Source: the human T2T-CHM13v2.0 reference genome, Homo sapiens
Length of the DNA stretch: 64,000 nucleotides
Reading direction: 5' to 3' (one strand)
NCBI RefSeq assembly: GCF_009914755.1
Contig: NC_060925.1
The position numbers were made by a program, and so were the translations under genes. The notes beneath the pieces were generated by a model. It saw only the letters and a program-made list of their open reading frames with translations. It did not search any database and had not been told where the DNA came from. Every line of letters begins with the position of its first letter. The first letter of the stretch is position 1. Below are positions 36,683 to 51,739 of this stretch, piece after piece.

Positions 36683-39600
36683 AGTGGAGCTTACATTTTA
36701 TTAGGGCAAAGGACAATAAAGGAGGTAAGTATATAAGTTAGATAGTCAAAAGTATCAAGGAGAACAAAAGGCAGAGAAGTGGAATATAAAATGACCAGCA
36801 GGAGGCTATAGTTGTTGAATGTTTAGCTAGAGAAGACCTCTCTAAGGAGATAATGACTTCTGGGAGAGAGAAGAGTCGAGGGTGACACCAGGGTTTTTGT
36901 CCATTCTCCTTGCAAAGAGCCACCCTCTCCTGGAGACTCCTACAGCCCTGTTCCCCCCCCTGGAGAATAAGCCAAGGCCCTGTCTCCCCCTACCTCCAGA
37001 GCCTGCGCTCACCGCACTCTCCTCTAGGCAGCCCTGACACCCCCACCCTCTTTTCCTAGCCCTAGATTTGTCTTTTTGTCCAGGCCCCCGAAAAAAGTCA
37101 CCCCCCCAAATCAAATTCTAGGAACAGCAGAAGGTGAATACCCCCAGCTTCCCAGGAAGGGCCTGGCTGGGGCCAGGGCGGGGCACACTGTGGAGACAGC
37201 CACCCCTCCTGCACACAGAACCACGTGGCCTCCGCAGAGCCAGCCATCCCACACCAGCCCCTGTGAAGCGCCTCCATGAAGATCACTTCCAGCTGTGAGG
37301 CTCTCAGCAACTCTGCGAGGCAGGCTTGTTGGCATTTTCCCCTCCATTTCACGGACGAATAACTTGCTCAGGTTTACAAGCCTTGCCAGCTGCTTGGACT
37401 CGTGACTCTCGAGAGAGTGGTCCTTGCACTCCGCTTTTGAGCAATGCCCTTCCAGCTCATCTAGGAAGCTGCTCAAGGGAACCCTCACCCTTCTGCACCT
37501 TGGCTTACATTCCATCCACTTGTTCATTTGTGTTTCCATTCGTATTTACAGAGTGCCTGCCAGAGGCACCATGCTTTGTGGAGAGTATGCAGTCCCCACC
37601 CTCGACATGCAGATGGTCTAGCGGGGCGTAACCAGTTAAAAGAAGGTGCTGGAGTCCCCATCTCACTCAGGTGCATCTCCTGGCTCCCTAGTCCCCTAGT
37701 CAAGAGAGAGACACATAGCAAGTGCCCTGTGCCCTGGCATGGGTCCTGCGGCAGGGGGCAGATCAGCATCACATCTGGCTAAATATTCCATGTCTCACAT
37801 AGGCACTGAGGTGTAAAGAGAAGCCCCTTTATTTCCCTTAATAACCCTTCAAGCCCCAAGTTACTGAAACTCTTTAGATTCAGTGAGCACAGTACTAGGA
37901 ACCAACCCATTGCACATGGACTGTGTGCCAGGCCTCTGCTAAGTACTTTGCTAGATTATCTCGGTGAGTCTTACCTCAGCCCTGCGAGGTAGGTGCTCTC
38001 TCTCTCATCATCCCTATTGCACACAGGAGAAAATTAGTGTTTGGTGAAGTTAAATAACTGGCCCAAGGCTGTGTGACTAGTGAGTGCTTTGGTGCCAGAT
38101 TTTCATATATCCTTGCCACTGCTCAAACCCCTTCAGTGGTTCCCCTTGTTTGGCTTCTGGGATCAAGGCTCATCTTCTTAGCTTGCACTTGGGGCTTTCA
38201 GCAACTGGGCCCTGTCCTACCTCCTCACCTGCTGCTCTCTCCCTTCTCTGTGCCAACCCTCTGCTCCACATGGCTGGTATATTGTTGGTCCTTCTTGTCA
38301 AAATGCCTCCCCTTCTCCTCTTTGCTTGGATACTCCTATACCTACATCATGCCCCCACACCACACCCCCATGGACCCTTGCCCAGGGTCCAGCCCACAGT
38401 AAGCATCTCTCCCGAACACCCCTGCAGGGCTTCCTGTCCTCGAACAGCTCACAGGAGTCACCAAGTCCCCTTTGCCCTGCAGCTGTGCCCCCCAGCATCT
38501 AGTGACGAGAGCCCCTTTTGGGACAGGGTCCTTGCCTTGCACCTGCTTGTGCTTCAGCATGCCCAGCAGGACACAAAAGCAGCTACAGAAATGCTTGCAG
38601 AAAGGGGTGCTCACATTTTAGTAAAAGAACTCTGGAAGGAGTGGTTCTTCACGCAGTGTTATGATCAAGTTAGGGCCCTGGGAAGAACTCTGGAAGCTCC
38701 TGTGGCCCCTCTGAGAGGGAGCAAACAAAAGGCCACTGTCACCATTTCCCCACCACCAAGTCCTACAGATGCGGAGTTGCCTGCGCTTTCACAGGCTGTC
38801 TCTTTTGGGGGAGTCTGAGTTGATTTGTTATGGACCTGGGAGGCTTGCCTGGGGATATGAGGGGTCCCTCGGGGTAAACAGCATTGCCCCAGGCTCTATG
38901 AACTGCTGTCAGGATGGCTCCCTCCAGGGGAGCAGTGACCCGCAGACCTCCCTGGTTTTTGCAGGACCCCTGCTCTTTCTCATAGGACCGTGGCAGCTGG
39001 CGACATGCAGGTGCTGAGTCTGCAGTGTGGTGTGGCCCGTGCACCCAAAAATGAACTGCACCCTCCATCCATGGGCGCAGCCAGGTGAAAGGACTGGCTC
39101 AAGATCCCACTATGACCTGGAGGCAGGGAGGAAACCAGGGCCAGAAGACAAAAGCCTGGCTCCAGGCTTCGCACGGGGGAGTGGCTGGCCCTCACTGTGC
39201 CTGGTGGCAAGTCAGCAGCTCTTGGTTCACTGTTCCCCTGCACACACAAGCAGCGGAGGACTGGATTATTTAATAAAGGAAATTAAACAGGTTAATTTTG
39301 AGTAAATAAGAGATGAGAGCTAAACAGAGAGGGTCAGCATCTCCTGGTAGTCACTCTCTCTCTCTGGAAAGCCAGGCCCCAGCTCGGCCCTCACCAGGTC
39401 CTCTCTCTGCACTACCCTCTCTCAGGCGGTTTCAGTCAGATCCCACATGGCTTACCAGCCTTTTATCCTCATTAGAGGTGTTTGAGACTTTGGACTTCAA
39501 TAAAACAAGGGGTGACCAGGGGCTTCAGAACAGCTAGCACATTATTGCTTTCATCTTCACCTGCTGTCAGGAGAGGCTGCCTTAGGGCCCCTGACTGGTA

Positions 39601-41034
39601 ATGAGCTCTCTGGTGCAGGAGAGGTCACTGCTGTCCAGAAAGCAGCAGAAACCAGCGTAGCCCTCTAGACTTCTAACCTAGGAGCTGATAGGGTAGATCT
39701 GAGCTCAGTAGCAGCTGGCTGAAAGTCTTGGCTAGTGCTTGCAGGAGGTGGACCTGCTGGCAGGGGAGGGGAAGCCAGGATGTTGGCTTCTGGAGAAATC
39801 TGTCCTTTAGTGCAACTTGTCCACCTGATGTCGCTGCCCATATTAGTAGCATTCTCCTTGGCTGCAGTGCACAGGGCATCTGGAGAGTAAGATTCTTAAA
39901 GGCTCACCTATCTATAGCACAACACTGTGCTCCCTGGCTTCCCAGAGGCCCATCTGCAACAACTGATTAAAGCACTTCTCTCTACTTGATGCAGTCACAT
40001 AGTCCTGGGCATAGAAAAAGAGATCCTATTTGTGGGCTGCCCATGAAAGAGCAGTGAACCATGAATCAGGAGACCTGGACTTTAGACCCTCTACCCCCAG
40101 TTAGCTGTGAGACCTTGAGCAAATCATTTCCCATCTCTGGTCCTTGGGCTATAAAATGAAGGGGTTGTTCTAGATGAGATGCTCTATCCTCAAGGTCCCT
40201 GTCAGCCATGAGAACCCAAGATTCCAACTGGAAAATCTATCAGCCATCACCAACTGAGACGACCCAAGGATGCTTAAGTGGTGTCTATCGCCTGCCTCAG
40301 GGAATCTAGCAATTTCGTTTTGAAATCCAAATGCTCCCATTTTTTAAGTTCCCATTGCCCCTCAAATGTTTTGTTCTTCTCCAAGGCCAGTCATGTTTCC
40401 TCCTGAATAAGCAGCGAGTGGCGTCAGTGCCTCTGAGTCCATCTTGGGAATGCAGGCTAAGCAAAGCAAGAACAATGCTTCCCCATTTCTTACAGAGCAC
40501 TTCTAGTCTCTTAGTCATTAAGTGGCTTGTCTGAATCTCTCATCATCAGCAGAGAAGCATCCGCTATACTTTCAGGAAAGCCATAGGAGACCTAAAAAGA
40601 TCTCAGAAGCACTGGGCAGGAAGTGCTGTTAAGTTCCCCAGGGGTTGTGGGAGGGTAGGGGGGCTGGAAGAGAGATGAGGTAGAAGCCAACTGGACTCCA
40701 ATGGCTAAAGAAACCCCGCATTGTAGGCCTGGGGCTCTGTGTTGGGGGTACAGAGATGAGTCAGATGTGGAAGCCAGATACCTGGAGCTGAGCCAGCCCC
40801 TGTGATATCTCCTCCCATAGCAACACAGGCCTCCTCTTCATAGCACACACTACAACTCTAACTTTTATGTTGATCTGGGGACTACATGATGAATGCCTGT
40901 GTTTCTCACCAGATTGTATGCTCTTTGAAGGCACGAATGGGGTCTGGTTTTATTCATCCTTATACCTCTCATGTGTAGCCCAGTGCCTGATGTGTAGTAA
41001 GTGCTCAGCAAATACTGGCTAATGAACAAATGGT

Positions 41035-41300
41035 TGAGAATGTGGATTTGGGGTCAGGCAGATCCAGCTTCCAGCTCTTAAGACTATGAAAGCTTAAGTA
41101 CTCCTAAGAGAGTAGTATGGCTTACTTAACCTTTCATAATCTTGGCTTCCTAACCTGTACACTGTACAGTGGGATGAATATAGGACCCACCTCTTAGGGT
41201 TGCCGCAGAGATTAAATGAGGTAATTTGTGCAAAGTGCTTACTTAGCACAGTGGCTGGCACAGAGTAGGTGCTTAGTAAGTATTGGCAACTATTATAATT
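41035..41300 (+). mobile_element. MIR SINE
   Basis: cttacttaacct..acctcttagggttg..gattaaatgaggtaat..cttagcacagtggctggcacagagtagg. Confidence 0.7.
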
Positions 41301-42859
41301 ATTACTACTGTTATAAAGAGCTCACGGTCTTGGAACAGGGGCAGGGAAAGGCATGTCAGTAGGTAGTACTGTTTGGTTTGGTCGGTGCAGTAATAGAGGT
41401 GTGGACAAGACGTGGGCATGCAGAGCAAGGAAGAAGGAACTCAGCCCCAGATTTCAAGCTAGGCTTCCCAAAGAGGGTGATATTTGATAGGATCTAGACA
41501 GGTCAGTAAAAGTAGATTTCTAGCAGAAAAAAGTAAGCAAGCGCTTTTGCTTTTTTTCTCTGGAGAGGGATCAACAGTGCCTAAAGACACAGAAGGGGCA
41601 GGGAGTGTTCGGGGCGCATGAGAGGTTCCCTGTGGCTGACAGCATGGTGATGACAGGGGCGGAGAGCTCCCAGATGAGGCTAGAAACAGGGCCCCAGGCA
41701 AGGGCCAGCCTTGCCTGCCTCTTAGCCCATACTTGGGAGTTTGTCCTTGATTCTGCAGACAATGGGAGACTGGCTCTACCCCTGCCCTTCCTGCTTTACT
41801 TCCTACTCAGTCCACTGTGTCACCTTCAACCCAGACACCCACACCAGAGACCATTTTCATGTGTGTCATTCATTTGTCACACACCCACTAAATGTTGGAG
41901 GATCTGGAGAGATAGTAATGATAAGACAAAGTCCCAGCCCTCCAGGAACTTGTATTCTAAGGGAGGAAGACAAAAGTACACTAAGCAAGATGGTACCCAA
42001 GGGCAGCGAGGGAGCCAGGGACCTGACCAAGGGTAGTGAGTGGGTGTGCGGCCGCTTTATTCATAGTGGTCCTGAAAGATGGGGAGGAGCAGCCAAGAAT
42101 GGAAGGAGAGCTCTCAGCAGAGGCTAGCAAAGAGTGCTGTGGGTCTGGCTGGGGGAAGCGGATGGTGGCTATGATACCAGAGTAAGCAAAGGGTAAGAGG
42201 GAGGTTAAGGGAGGACTTGCAAGTGCTTGGATTTTGCTTCCTATGAAAAGCAGAGCCCTTTGAGGACTTGCAGCAGTTTGGGACTTCAGCAGCTTGTAAA
42301 GAATGGGTGGCAGGGGCCGGGAGAAAGTGAGCATGAGTTCAGATGCTACGGCCTCCACAGCTACTCAGTTCCCAAGCTGCACAGCTTCTCCCTTCTGAGT
42401 GTCCCCAAACTCTGAGGCCCTCTCCTCCCATCCTCGCTGCACTACCTCAGCTCTGGCCTGCACCATCTCTGCCAGATCCTTGCAGTTTTCTAACTCCCCC
42501 TGCCCACTCCCTCCAATCCATCCTCCTTGCTGTAACCAGGTGGTTGGTCTCCTGCTCAGAATTCTTCAGTGGCTTCTCATTTCACACTTGTTTTGTAGTT
42601 GGAAAGCCTCTTCTTCAAATGAAGTATCATCCAAAAGCCCAATCATATACAGCAGCTGAAGAGTGGCTCAGAAACAGGGCATCCAGAGTACCTTCAACAC
42701 CTCGGGCTCCCTCCTTGGAACTTTTAGGAGTCGGCATGAAAAATCACTAATCCACAGAATCACATGGCATTCAAGCTTCTTCACCGGGTGGCCCTCGCCT
42801 TTCTAGCCAGCCTCACCTTCCACTGTTCTGCCCCAGGTGCCGTACACTCCAGCCATAAT

Positions 42860-43110
42860 AACCATAACATTGAGTGTTTACTATGTGCTGTCCTGCCCTA
42901 AGTGCTTATACGTATGATGTCATATAATCTTCACAAAAGCCTTGGGAGATGGCTACTACTATTATCACCACTTTTTACCTGGGGACACTGAAGTACGGAG
43001 AGGTTATGCAAGTGGCCCAAGGGCACACAGCTACTAAATGGCACAGCCAGGATGTGGACGGAAGCTTGAGAGCCCCCACTTTCAGCCATGACACCATCCT
43101 GCCTCTTGAT
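42860..43110 (-). mobile_element. MIR SINE
   Basis: cattgagtgtttactatgtg..taatcttcacaa..gagaggttatgcaagtggcccaagg. Confidence 0.7.
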
Positions 43111-44829
43111 GACACCTCCTCACTAAATGCTCCAAGATCTTTCCCACCTTCATGACTTCATCTTGTTCTTTCTACCACCTGAAATAACCTCTCCATCCCT
43201 CTGACCATCCTGGACAACTCTGATCTTTCCAGGCCAGCTGTCCTGTCACCCCCTCTTGGGTCACCTCCTCTGACTCCCTTGGTCTGGCCTGGGGTTGTGC
43301 TCCCATTGCCCTTGGGTGGTAAAGGCCAAGGGAGAAATCTTACAACTGCCCCAAGGCAAAGTCAGGACTTCCGAGAGGAACCCGGCAGGATGTGCTAAAC
43401 TGCCGGGTGAGGGGCTGCAGGAGGAGAGTGGAGACTGACGCTCTGCCCGCCCCACGTTCCCACAGCTGGCTCAGCTCTCGCCTGGGAGAGAGGAGCTGTG
43501 GGAGTGGGCACTCCTTCCTAGGGTGCCGAGAGGGGGCCCCTGCTGTGAACACCGGCCTGGGTGACGTGAGTTGATTCCCTGCTCCGCCTCAGGCCCGGGC
43601 TCCTAGGGCTTCAGCAAGAATGCTGGGGGTGTCTGGGGTGGAAGGGTGGGATGTGTCTGTTGTGACGCTCGGGGCTTCCTGCTGGGTGCTGGGGCAGGTT
43701 CTGTTTGTTCTGAGTTCCATGCCTGCTTTTACTCTCAAGTGCTTCTCTGCCCCAAGGGCCTTGCAGCATTATGAATAAATGATCAACCAGAATTGAGGCT
43801 CCTTATACGAACTCAGTATACTCCAGCTTCACCCTGCAGTGTGGACACAGAGCTAAGGACTGCCCCATGGAGAAGCGGGCACCCCCAAGCCGGTGTGGAG
43901 CAGCGGTGCACGGAGGACGTGGGTGAGATCCTTGAGTCTGGGTTTGTCCTAGGGACCCATTGAGACTAAAGCACATCAGCGGGAAGCAAATGTTTCAGCA
44001 TCTGAGCATCTTCAGAGAAACAGATGGTCTTATTTAGGAAACTTTTTCTCAGCCTCCCCTTCGTGAACCTGCCCTTGAAAAGAGGCTTAGTATTTCACAC
44101 GCACCATTACTTTTGGGCAAATATCCGTGAGTCAGAACACACTGGGAGGTGCAGATCTCTTCCTAATGACTTTTTAAAGTGAGGGTGGAGAAGAAGAGGG
44201 GCTGAGAGAGTGGAAAGGAGCTTGAGAGGAGTGGAGTTTGGAGAAATTTTAGAAGAGATGGCAGTAATGCCTGGTCAAGCCAGGAAGTCTGTGCCGTAGG
44301 GTGCTTGTGCCTGAGAGCCCAGAGCCGAGGACCTCACTTCAGATCTGGTCCTTCCACTGTCATCTTCATTAACCACAGGGGTGGTGGGGGTAGTAAAGGG
44401 TACATTAATGAAGTTAATGATGAAAATCCATCTTAATTTCTTGTCACAAGTTGTCTTGCCGAGTGGCTGTCAAATAGCTGCCAGTTTCTCCTGGGGAGAG
44501 GGCAGACATCTCCCCGTGGTGAGAGATCTGCTCTCTGCCCCTCGCAGGGCTGTGGGGGCTGGGACTCTCAGCAGGAGGGAAGATACCTTGGTCCTGGTTT
44601 CCTGATGAGTCTCCTGGGGCAGCTGAGGAATGTTTCTTGCAAACAAGTGCCCTGAGGGGGATGCCAAATAGGCAGGGCTTTGGTCTCAGCCAAAGGCACA
44701 GGCCTGCACTGCGTGACAGTGGCTTTAGCTTCATCATCTCTTTGGGGACAGTCACCCTGAAGATTAAGATCTTTCCCCACCTCCTGCTCCCCACACTCCA
44801 GAATCTCTGGGTCTTGCCATGGCAAGGTG

Positions 44830-46040
44830 CTCCATAGAGAAGCTCTTTCCAGCCTTTCACAGAGTTGACTGCCCTGCTCTTGACAACTCCACTTCCTTCC
44901 GGTTCTTCTCCCACCTCTCTGGCTGCCTTTTTCAGGTTTCCTGTGCCAGCCTCTTCTCCCATCCCTGCCTCTAAACAGTGAAGTTTGTCAAGCTTTTTCT
45001 CTCCTCACTCAGCCATAATGTTAATATCCATCTCCCCACTCATGGCTCCTGAGTTTATGGCCCCTCCGCAGACATCTCTTCTAGACTCCAGACTCATATA
45101 TCCAAAATGACATGGCCATGTGGCTGGAAATCTAAAACTTCTCAGAGGCTCAAAGTTGCCCTTTTCTGTTTACATTCTCCTCTAATTTTCCCCAACCTGG
45201 CCCATCCATCCACCCAGTTGCTCAAGCCAGAAATGAGACATCTTTGTGGACATCTGCCTTCCTCTTTTGGATTTAGATCATCATCAAGCCCTGATAATTC
45301 TAACTCCAAATTCCATCTCAAGTCCACCCACCTCTCTCCATCTCCAGTGCCACACGGAGGCCAAAGCCTACCCCCCTGCCAGCATACAGCCGCCTCCTAT
45401 CTGCCTTCCCTGCTTCCCTTGCTCTCCCGCCCCATTCTCCACACAGCAGCCAGAGTGCTCTTCCCCAGATGGAAAATGGATTGTACCACTCCTTGTTTAA
45501 AACCTCCAATGGCATCCCCTTTCACTAGGAATAAAAACAAAAGCACTTATCAAGATCTACAGGGCCCTCCACGAACGGGGCTGACTCTTCAGCCTCCCCC
45601 CGTGCCAGGGCTCTCCTCACAGGCTTCCTCAAATGCCCCAGGCTCTTCCTGCCCCATGACTTTGCACTTTCTCTTCCTCTGATTGACCGTTCTTTCCCCA
45701 GCTCTTCACATGGCAGAGACCCACTCATCTCAGGCCACTTCCTCCAGCGCCTCCCTCTGCTGCCAACTGTGTTCCCGAAGGACAGATCTGGGTCTGTTTT
45801 GCCAGGGCCAGGACAAGGGTGAGGCAAAGCAGGTGCCCAGGTACAAAAGTGAAGGAAGTGCTCACTGTCAGGTTCATGCATGTATCCAAGAGTGAGTGTC
45901 CCCTTCCATTCTGCCCCCTGGGTACTTCACTCGCCTCACCCTAATCTCAACCTCATATTTTACTCACCACTGTATTCTCAGTACTGAGCACGGTGCCTGG
46001 TGTATAACAGATGCTGACAAGTATTTGTTGAATTAATGAG
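44830..46040 (+). mobile_element. L2 LINE remnant (fragmented)
   Basis: Pyrimidine-rich L2 body (actccagactcatatatccaa) and 3' end gtgcctggtgtata..gtatttgttgaattaatg. Confidence 0.7.
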
Positions 46041-47045
46041 CAACTCAGCTTTGTGGGGCTCACCTGGTTAAGGTGGCAAAATGAATGGGTGACAAGAGTA
46101 GGCCCTTGCTTAACCTCAGCCTCAGCCTCTGGTCTCCCCAGGAGGGTTGCTGTGGTTATTGAGATGGTGTCAGGGTGGAGCCTCATAGGTGTTCCTCAGC
46201 GGGTGGGCTGAATATTCCCTGCATTAGAAGCTTGGGAGGTGGAGACTTGATTCCTGAGCTGCGCCCAAGATCTACTGAGTCATCATCTCTGGAGGCGGGG
46301 CCTGGATGTTTGCATTATTGACAGGCTTCCCAGATGAGTGTTACATAGCCTCAGTTCGTGATATAAGGCGAGAGATTCTGAGGTTGCCCCAGGTCAGACC
46401 CTATTAGAATCTCTGTGACATGGAACATGTCCTAATGCAACTGAAGTCATTAAATATCAGAGCTGCCAAGCAAAAGTTAAGGCATAAAAGGCCTCTTCTC
46501 TTTTTTTAGGCACAAGCAAGGGTTCTGAAGGATCGAAGCCATGTGGGCTGCTGGACTGGTCCTGGCCCTCACCACTTACTTCCCTTTGCCTTTTTCCTGT
46601 GCACCACATGGCACACTGGGTATATTTTAGAAAGAAGCTGCCTTATCCAAATTTACAGGGTTTAAGAAAATTAGGTATTAAGCAAAGACAGTGTTTCAAA
46701 GATATCTGACACCACTCTGTAAATATTCCTTATTGCCATAGATCTCCAAGGATGTGTTCCTGACCAATAAGATCAGCATCACTTGGAACTAATCAGAAAC
46801 ACAAATTCTTGGGCCCTACCCTCACCAGAAGGCAGGGCCAATAATCTATGTTTAACATGCCCCAGGGAAGTCTCAGGAACTGACAACCATTGCTTTTGTC
46901 TAGTTGGAAGAACCAATTGAACACGAATACTCTGGACAGGATTTTGAAGTTTCTTCCACTTCTTTGAATCTATTTATTTTGGTGATTAAAGCCAAAGTCA
47001 AGAGAGGAGGAGATTAACAGTTATGGAGCATCTACTAGTTTGTAG

Positions 47046-47360
<315 letters not shown>

Positions 47361-50300
47361 CTTAACACATATTACGTTCATTTTACTCATACTCTATGCC
47401 TGGGAGGAGCGCATAATCATCTCTACATTGTACTGAAACTCATAGAGGTTAAATAACTTGCCTAGGGTCTCATGTGCTAAGCTTGGCTTTGGACTCAGGT
47501 TTGTTGACTCTGAAGGTGTTGCTCTTCTCCTCCATCCCACCCAGCCTCCTCTGGGACTGTCCATGCTCCACCCCACTCCACCCCACCTTCTGTCCCTGGT
47601 TATTGAGGGTTAGGGCTGCCGAGGACCGTGTAGGTTTTGAAGGTGAAATTTCTTGGTGTTCTGGAAGCAAGAAGCATGAGAGAGAAAGCTCTGAGACTTA
47701 GAATATTACCTCCCTTCTGCCTGCCCCCACCTGCCTCTCTTGAAAGAAGATGAATGGATGGTGTCACCCTGCGTTACAGACTATGAGAGGATACATCCTG
47801 CTCACTTAAACCTGCTAGTGCAGCACCCTGGCCTCAGCCCGTCATTTCTCACGAAAGTCACCTGTTAAGTCATTCTCTCACCAAGTGCCAAACTGCTGCA
47901 GCAGACACTGCCTCAGGGGAAGGAGGGAGGGGGAGAAGCTAGGCCAGCAGGGGCAGAACCCCTGGGCCAAAATTCTTGTCCCCAACGCGGCAGTTCAGTG
48001 GAAGAACCCCGGGCCCTCTCTGCACAGATCTTTGTACCTGAGGTCTCTGGGGAGCAGCCACCAGGACTGGGAGGAGGAAACCCACATATGAAAAAGTTTT
48101 GAGCCAGTGAAGTGTTTCCCCTGTCTCCTGTAAAGGTGTAGTTATATTCCTCACTGTTATTTCCTTGCTTCCTTAGGTCTTGAGGAAGGGTGAGGAGATG
48201 GTCTGTGATCTCTACAGGCTTCTTGGGAGAGTTGAAGGTGTCAGATCTCAAAATTCATTCCCTTGGTGCGGGATATTTAAGGATCAGAGCAAAGCAACTC
48301 CCATCACATGCCACTAGGAAGCAAGAGGCCCCAAGTGATCAGCCAACTTACCCAGTCCCAGCTTCCCAGCAAGACCACATTCAGCTTAACAATCAATGCC
48401 TCTTTTCCAGTGTTCCACCCCCGCCCGGAACTCAGGAAGTCCCCCCAAATGGCTGACCCAGTTCCTGGGGCATCTATGCCTTCCCTCCTAGTTCCCACCT
48501 ACTATTACATCATAATTTAGAGGTTATGCCTTCTAAGACTGTATCAGTTTTGACTCCACCTTCTCTTCACCAAAACCAAGAACCTTCCCTTGGCCTCATG
48601 TTTTAGGCATTTTGGTGGCCTTCATCTAGACCCACGACTAATCATCAACGAAGAACTCCTGATTCATGATTCCAGAAGGGAAGAACCATGAGTCTGCTAC
48701 AGGAGTTTTAGTATAAACAGTTCCAAGGAGCGATGCATGGAGTTGGGCACAGAACCTGGGGTTCGAATCCCTGCCCTGCTGCTTTCCAGCTGTGTGACTG
48801 TAAAACTCACTGAAGGTCTCTGACCCTTTCTGATGATGGGCAGTATTGTCATGCTTGAGGTGGCTACCTGTGAAGCAGGTGCCTTTCGCCCTGATTTACA
48901 GGCATAAGAGGAAACCACGGGGAGAGCACGGCCAGCTGCTAGTAGGAAAACCGAGACGTGCATATAGCAAGAATACAATCTGTTTGTAAGCCTTTCATTC
49001 TCCTGCCACATGGAGGCAGGTGGTGGCACTAAGCCCACTGGGTGTGCAGTCCCCACTGCCTGCCTGGTGGGCTGAGGGGCCAGGTGTGCCCCATGGATGT
49101 CTAAGTCAGCAAAAGTTGGAGGAAGAGGCAGCTGCCTTGGAGTTGTTCCTGGGTAGAGGGTGGGAACGACACATCTTCTAGCCTGGATTTCAGAGGCCCC
49201 AGCTCCTGCCTGCAGGGCCCCATGGAAGCTGAGCTGATTTGCTGGCTCTTTCTTCCCTCCCAGCCCTGGGCTTCCCTACCCAGCAGCGCCTTCAATCAGT
49301 AGGATTGGGGAGGGCATCCTGTGTCTTCTCAGGCTCCAGTTCAGATGTTCCCAGTAAGAGAACTTAAGGGAAAAATTAAGCTGGCTCTCAGAGGTCTGGG
49401 TTCAAATCCCGGTTCTGCTGCGAATCAGTAGAATGATATGGGGCAAGTCACTGTGCCTCCCTGAGCTGTGCATCCTCAGCCGTAAAATGAGAGCATTGTA
49501 CCAGATGACCTCACCTCCTCATTAGTAAAATAGGGTGAACCGTGAAGCCCAATGAGTGTATGCACTGAAGACGCCTCACAGGGATCTAGTGCAGAGCAAA
49601 CTCTTCAGACACTTTCGGGCCCCTTCCTGTTCCATCCTGCTGTGGAGCGGCCTCTGGCCGCTAGTGGGTTGGCTTCAGCCATCTCCAAACTGCATCCTGA
49701 CAATGCCTCACTGGAAGGAGAAGCAAGCGGTGTGGGAGAGGGGGACAGGAAGGAGGGAGCATGGGGCCAGGATCCCAGAGATTTCCCAGGAAGTACAGAG
49801 CTCTTTGCTGGGAGGTTGCTATAAACCAGGCCCCAGGCCTCCCTTCCCCCTGCTCACCCAGGAGCACGATGATAAAGCGCCAAATTAGCTCCATTATTGT
49901 AACTCCTCCAAAAATTACAGGCCGCATGTTCTGCCAGAGCCAGCTAATGTCTCTCATTGGTAAGCAGGTGACACTAATAGTTATTTCCTCCCTTCCAGGC
50001 ACCAAGTGCAGAGTGGCAGAAACAGAGTGAGGCTCAGGCTGGGAGGAGAGAGGCCCAGGGAGAAGCCGAGGCACTGGACGGCCCTGGTGCCAGGGGTCGC
50101 CTGAGTGCCACAGCAGAAGTTTGCAGATCCTCCCTTTGGCTTAAACTGCCTCTTTGCACTGTATGAACCTGGAGACCTCCCTGCTCAGGAATGGCGCTGC
50201 CTGGCATCTGGGGAGGCCACAGCACGCAGGCCATGCCAGGCCCTCCGGCGGGGTGTCCCTGGGGCTCCTGCTGCTGCTGCAGAGGGGCCTGCTGCTCCCC

Positions 50301-51435
50301 GGCTGTCCCCGCGGCTCAGGTTCCTTCTCCCAGGCGATGCCCAGCTTTCTCTGGCTTCCCACACAGCAGTCAGCATTTCCTCTCTCACCTCTTCCATCCT
50401 CCCCCACCCCCATCTGCCTCTCCTCTCACACCAGACAGAGCCATCTCCTGTCGGTGTCAGCTGAGGCAACGCTTCCTCAAGGGGGCAGGGTCCCAAACGG
50501 GAGTGGAAATAGCCCATTCCCAGGCATACCCAGGCCCCTTTCTTCCAGGTCCAGCAGCGAGAAATCACAGATTCCTGGACCTGGGGTGGCTCCTATGTCT
50601 CCGTGATCACTGCCCTCCGTGCACACCATTGTTCTGCAGGGCATCCAGCAACTCAGTCCCAGCCCAGTCCTTCCTAGAGATAAAGGTGGGAATCGGGTCG
50701 GCCTGACGTCTCTCTTTAAAGGATTCCCAGCCAAGCCCCTTCTGCAGTTAGTAGTTGAAGTGTAAAGCCCTCTCTGGTGATCACTGTGAGAACTCAAGGG
50801 TCCCAAGAGATTACAGGCCCCTGTTCATTTCACATATCAGAAAACAGAGGCTTGGAAGGGCTGTGTGCCCCTGGTGATTCTACTTGGAGTTTTCCAGCTC
50901 CCAGGCTAAGCTGGAATCCCTTTCTCTTACTTTCCAATTCCATCCCACAAGTATAAATTGAGTACCTACTGGATGCAAGGCCAGGGTTCAGGGCTCCAGG
51001 GCACATGGACAGTCCCAAATTCCAGGAACTACCTACCTCTAACACTGGATGACGATAAGGAAGAACTTTAAAGATACTACACATAGCTGGCATTCATTGA
51101 GCACTTGCTGTGTGCCGATGGGCACTTGGCTGAGATTTGTGTGAATTCTCTTCTTTAATCCTCACAATAACCTTATGGAAAAGGGTTATTTTTACCCACA
51201 CTTTACAGATGAGAGAACAAGCATGGAGATATTACGTTAAAGAGTGGGGAGATATGGCTTGAACCCAGGCAGCCAGACCCCAGGGTCTACCTCAGCCACC
51301 ATGCCAAGCCAGCTTGGTTTTCTGAAAGGTTGTCCCTGAGAATTGTTCACCCAATGCTTCTGGAGCTCTGACTGAGCAGGGTTTGACGGGGCTTTACACA
51401 TTCTCTCAGTAACTTGTTTTCAAAAACCTCTCTCA

Positions 51436-51739
<304 letters not shown>

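Noticed and set aside
38084-38818. 244-aa ORF, the longest in the window
   Set aside because: Overlaps MIR/L2 remnants, non-ATG start, no protein-like features
50105-50806. Cluster of overlapping 90-170 aa ORFs on both strands
   Set aside because: Explained by high GC content; no domain or consistent exon boundaries
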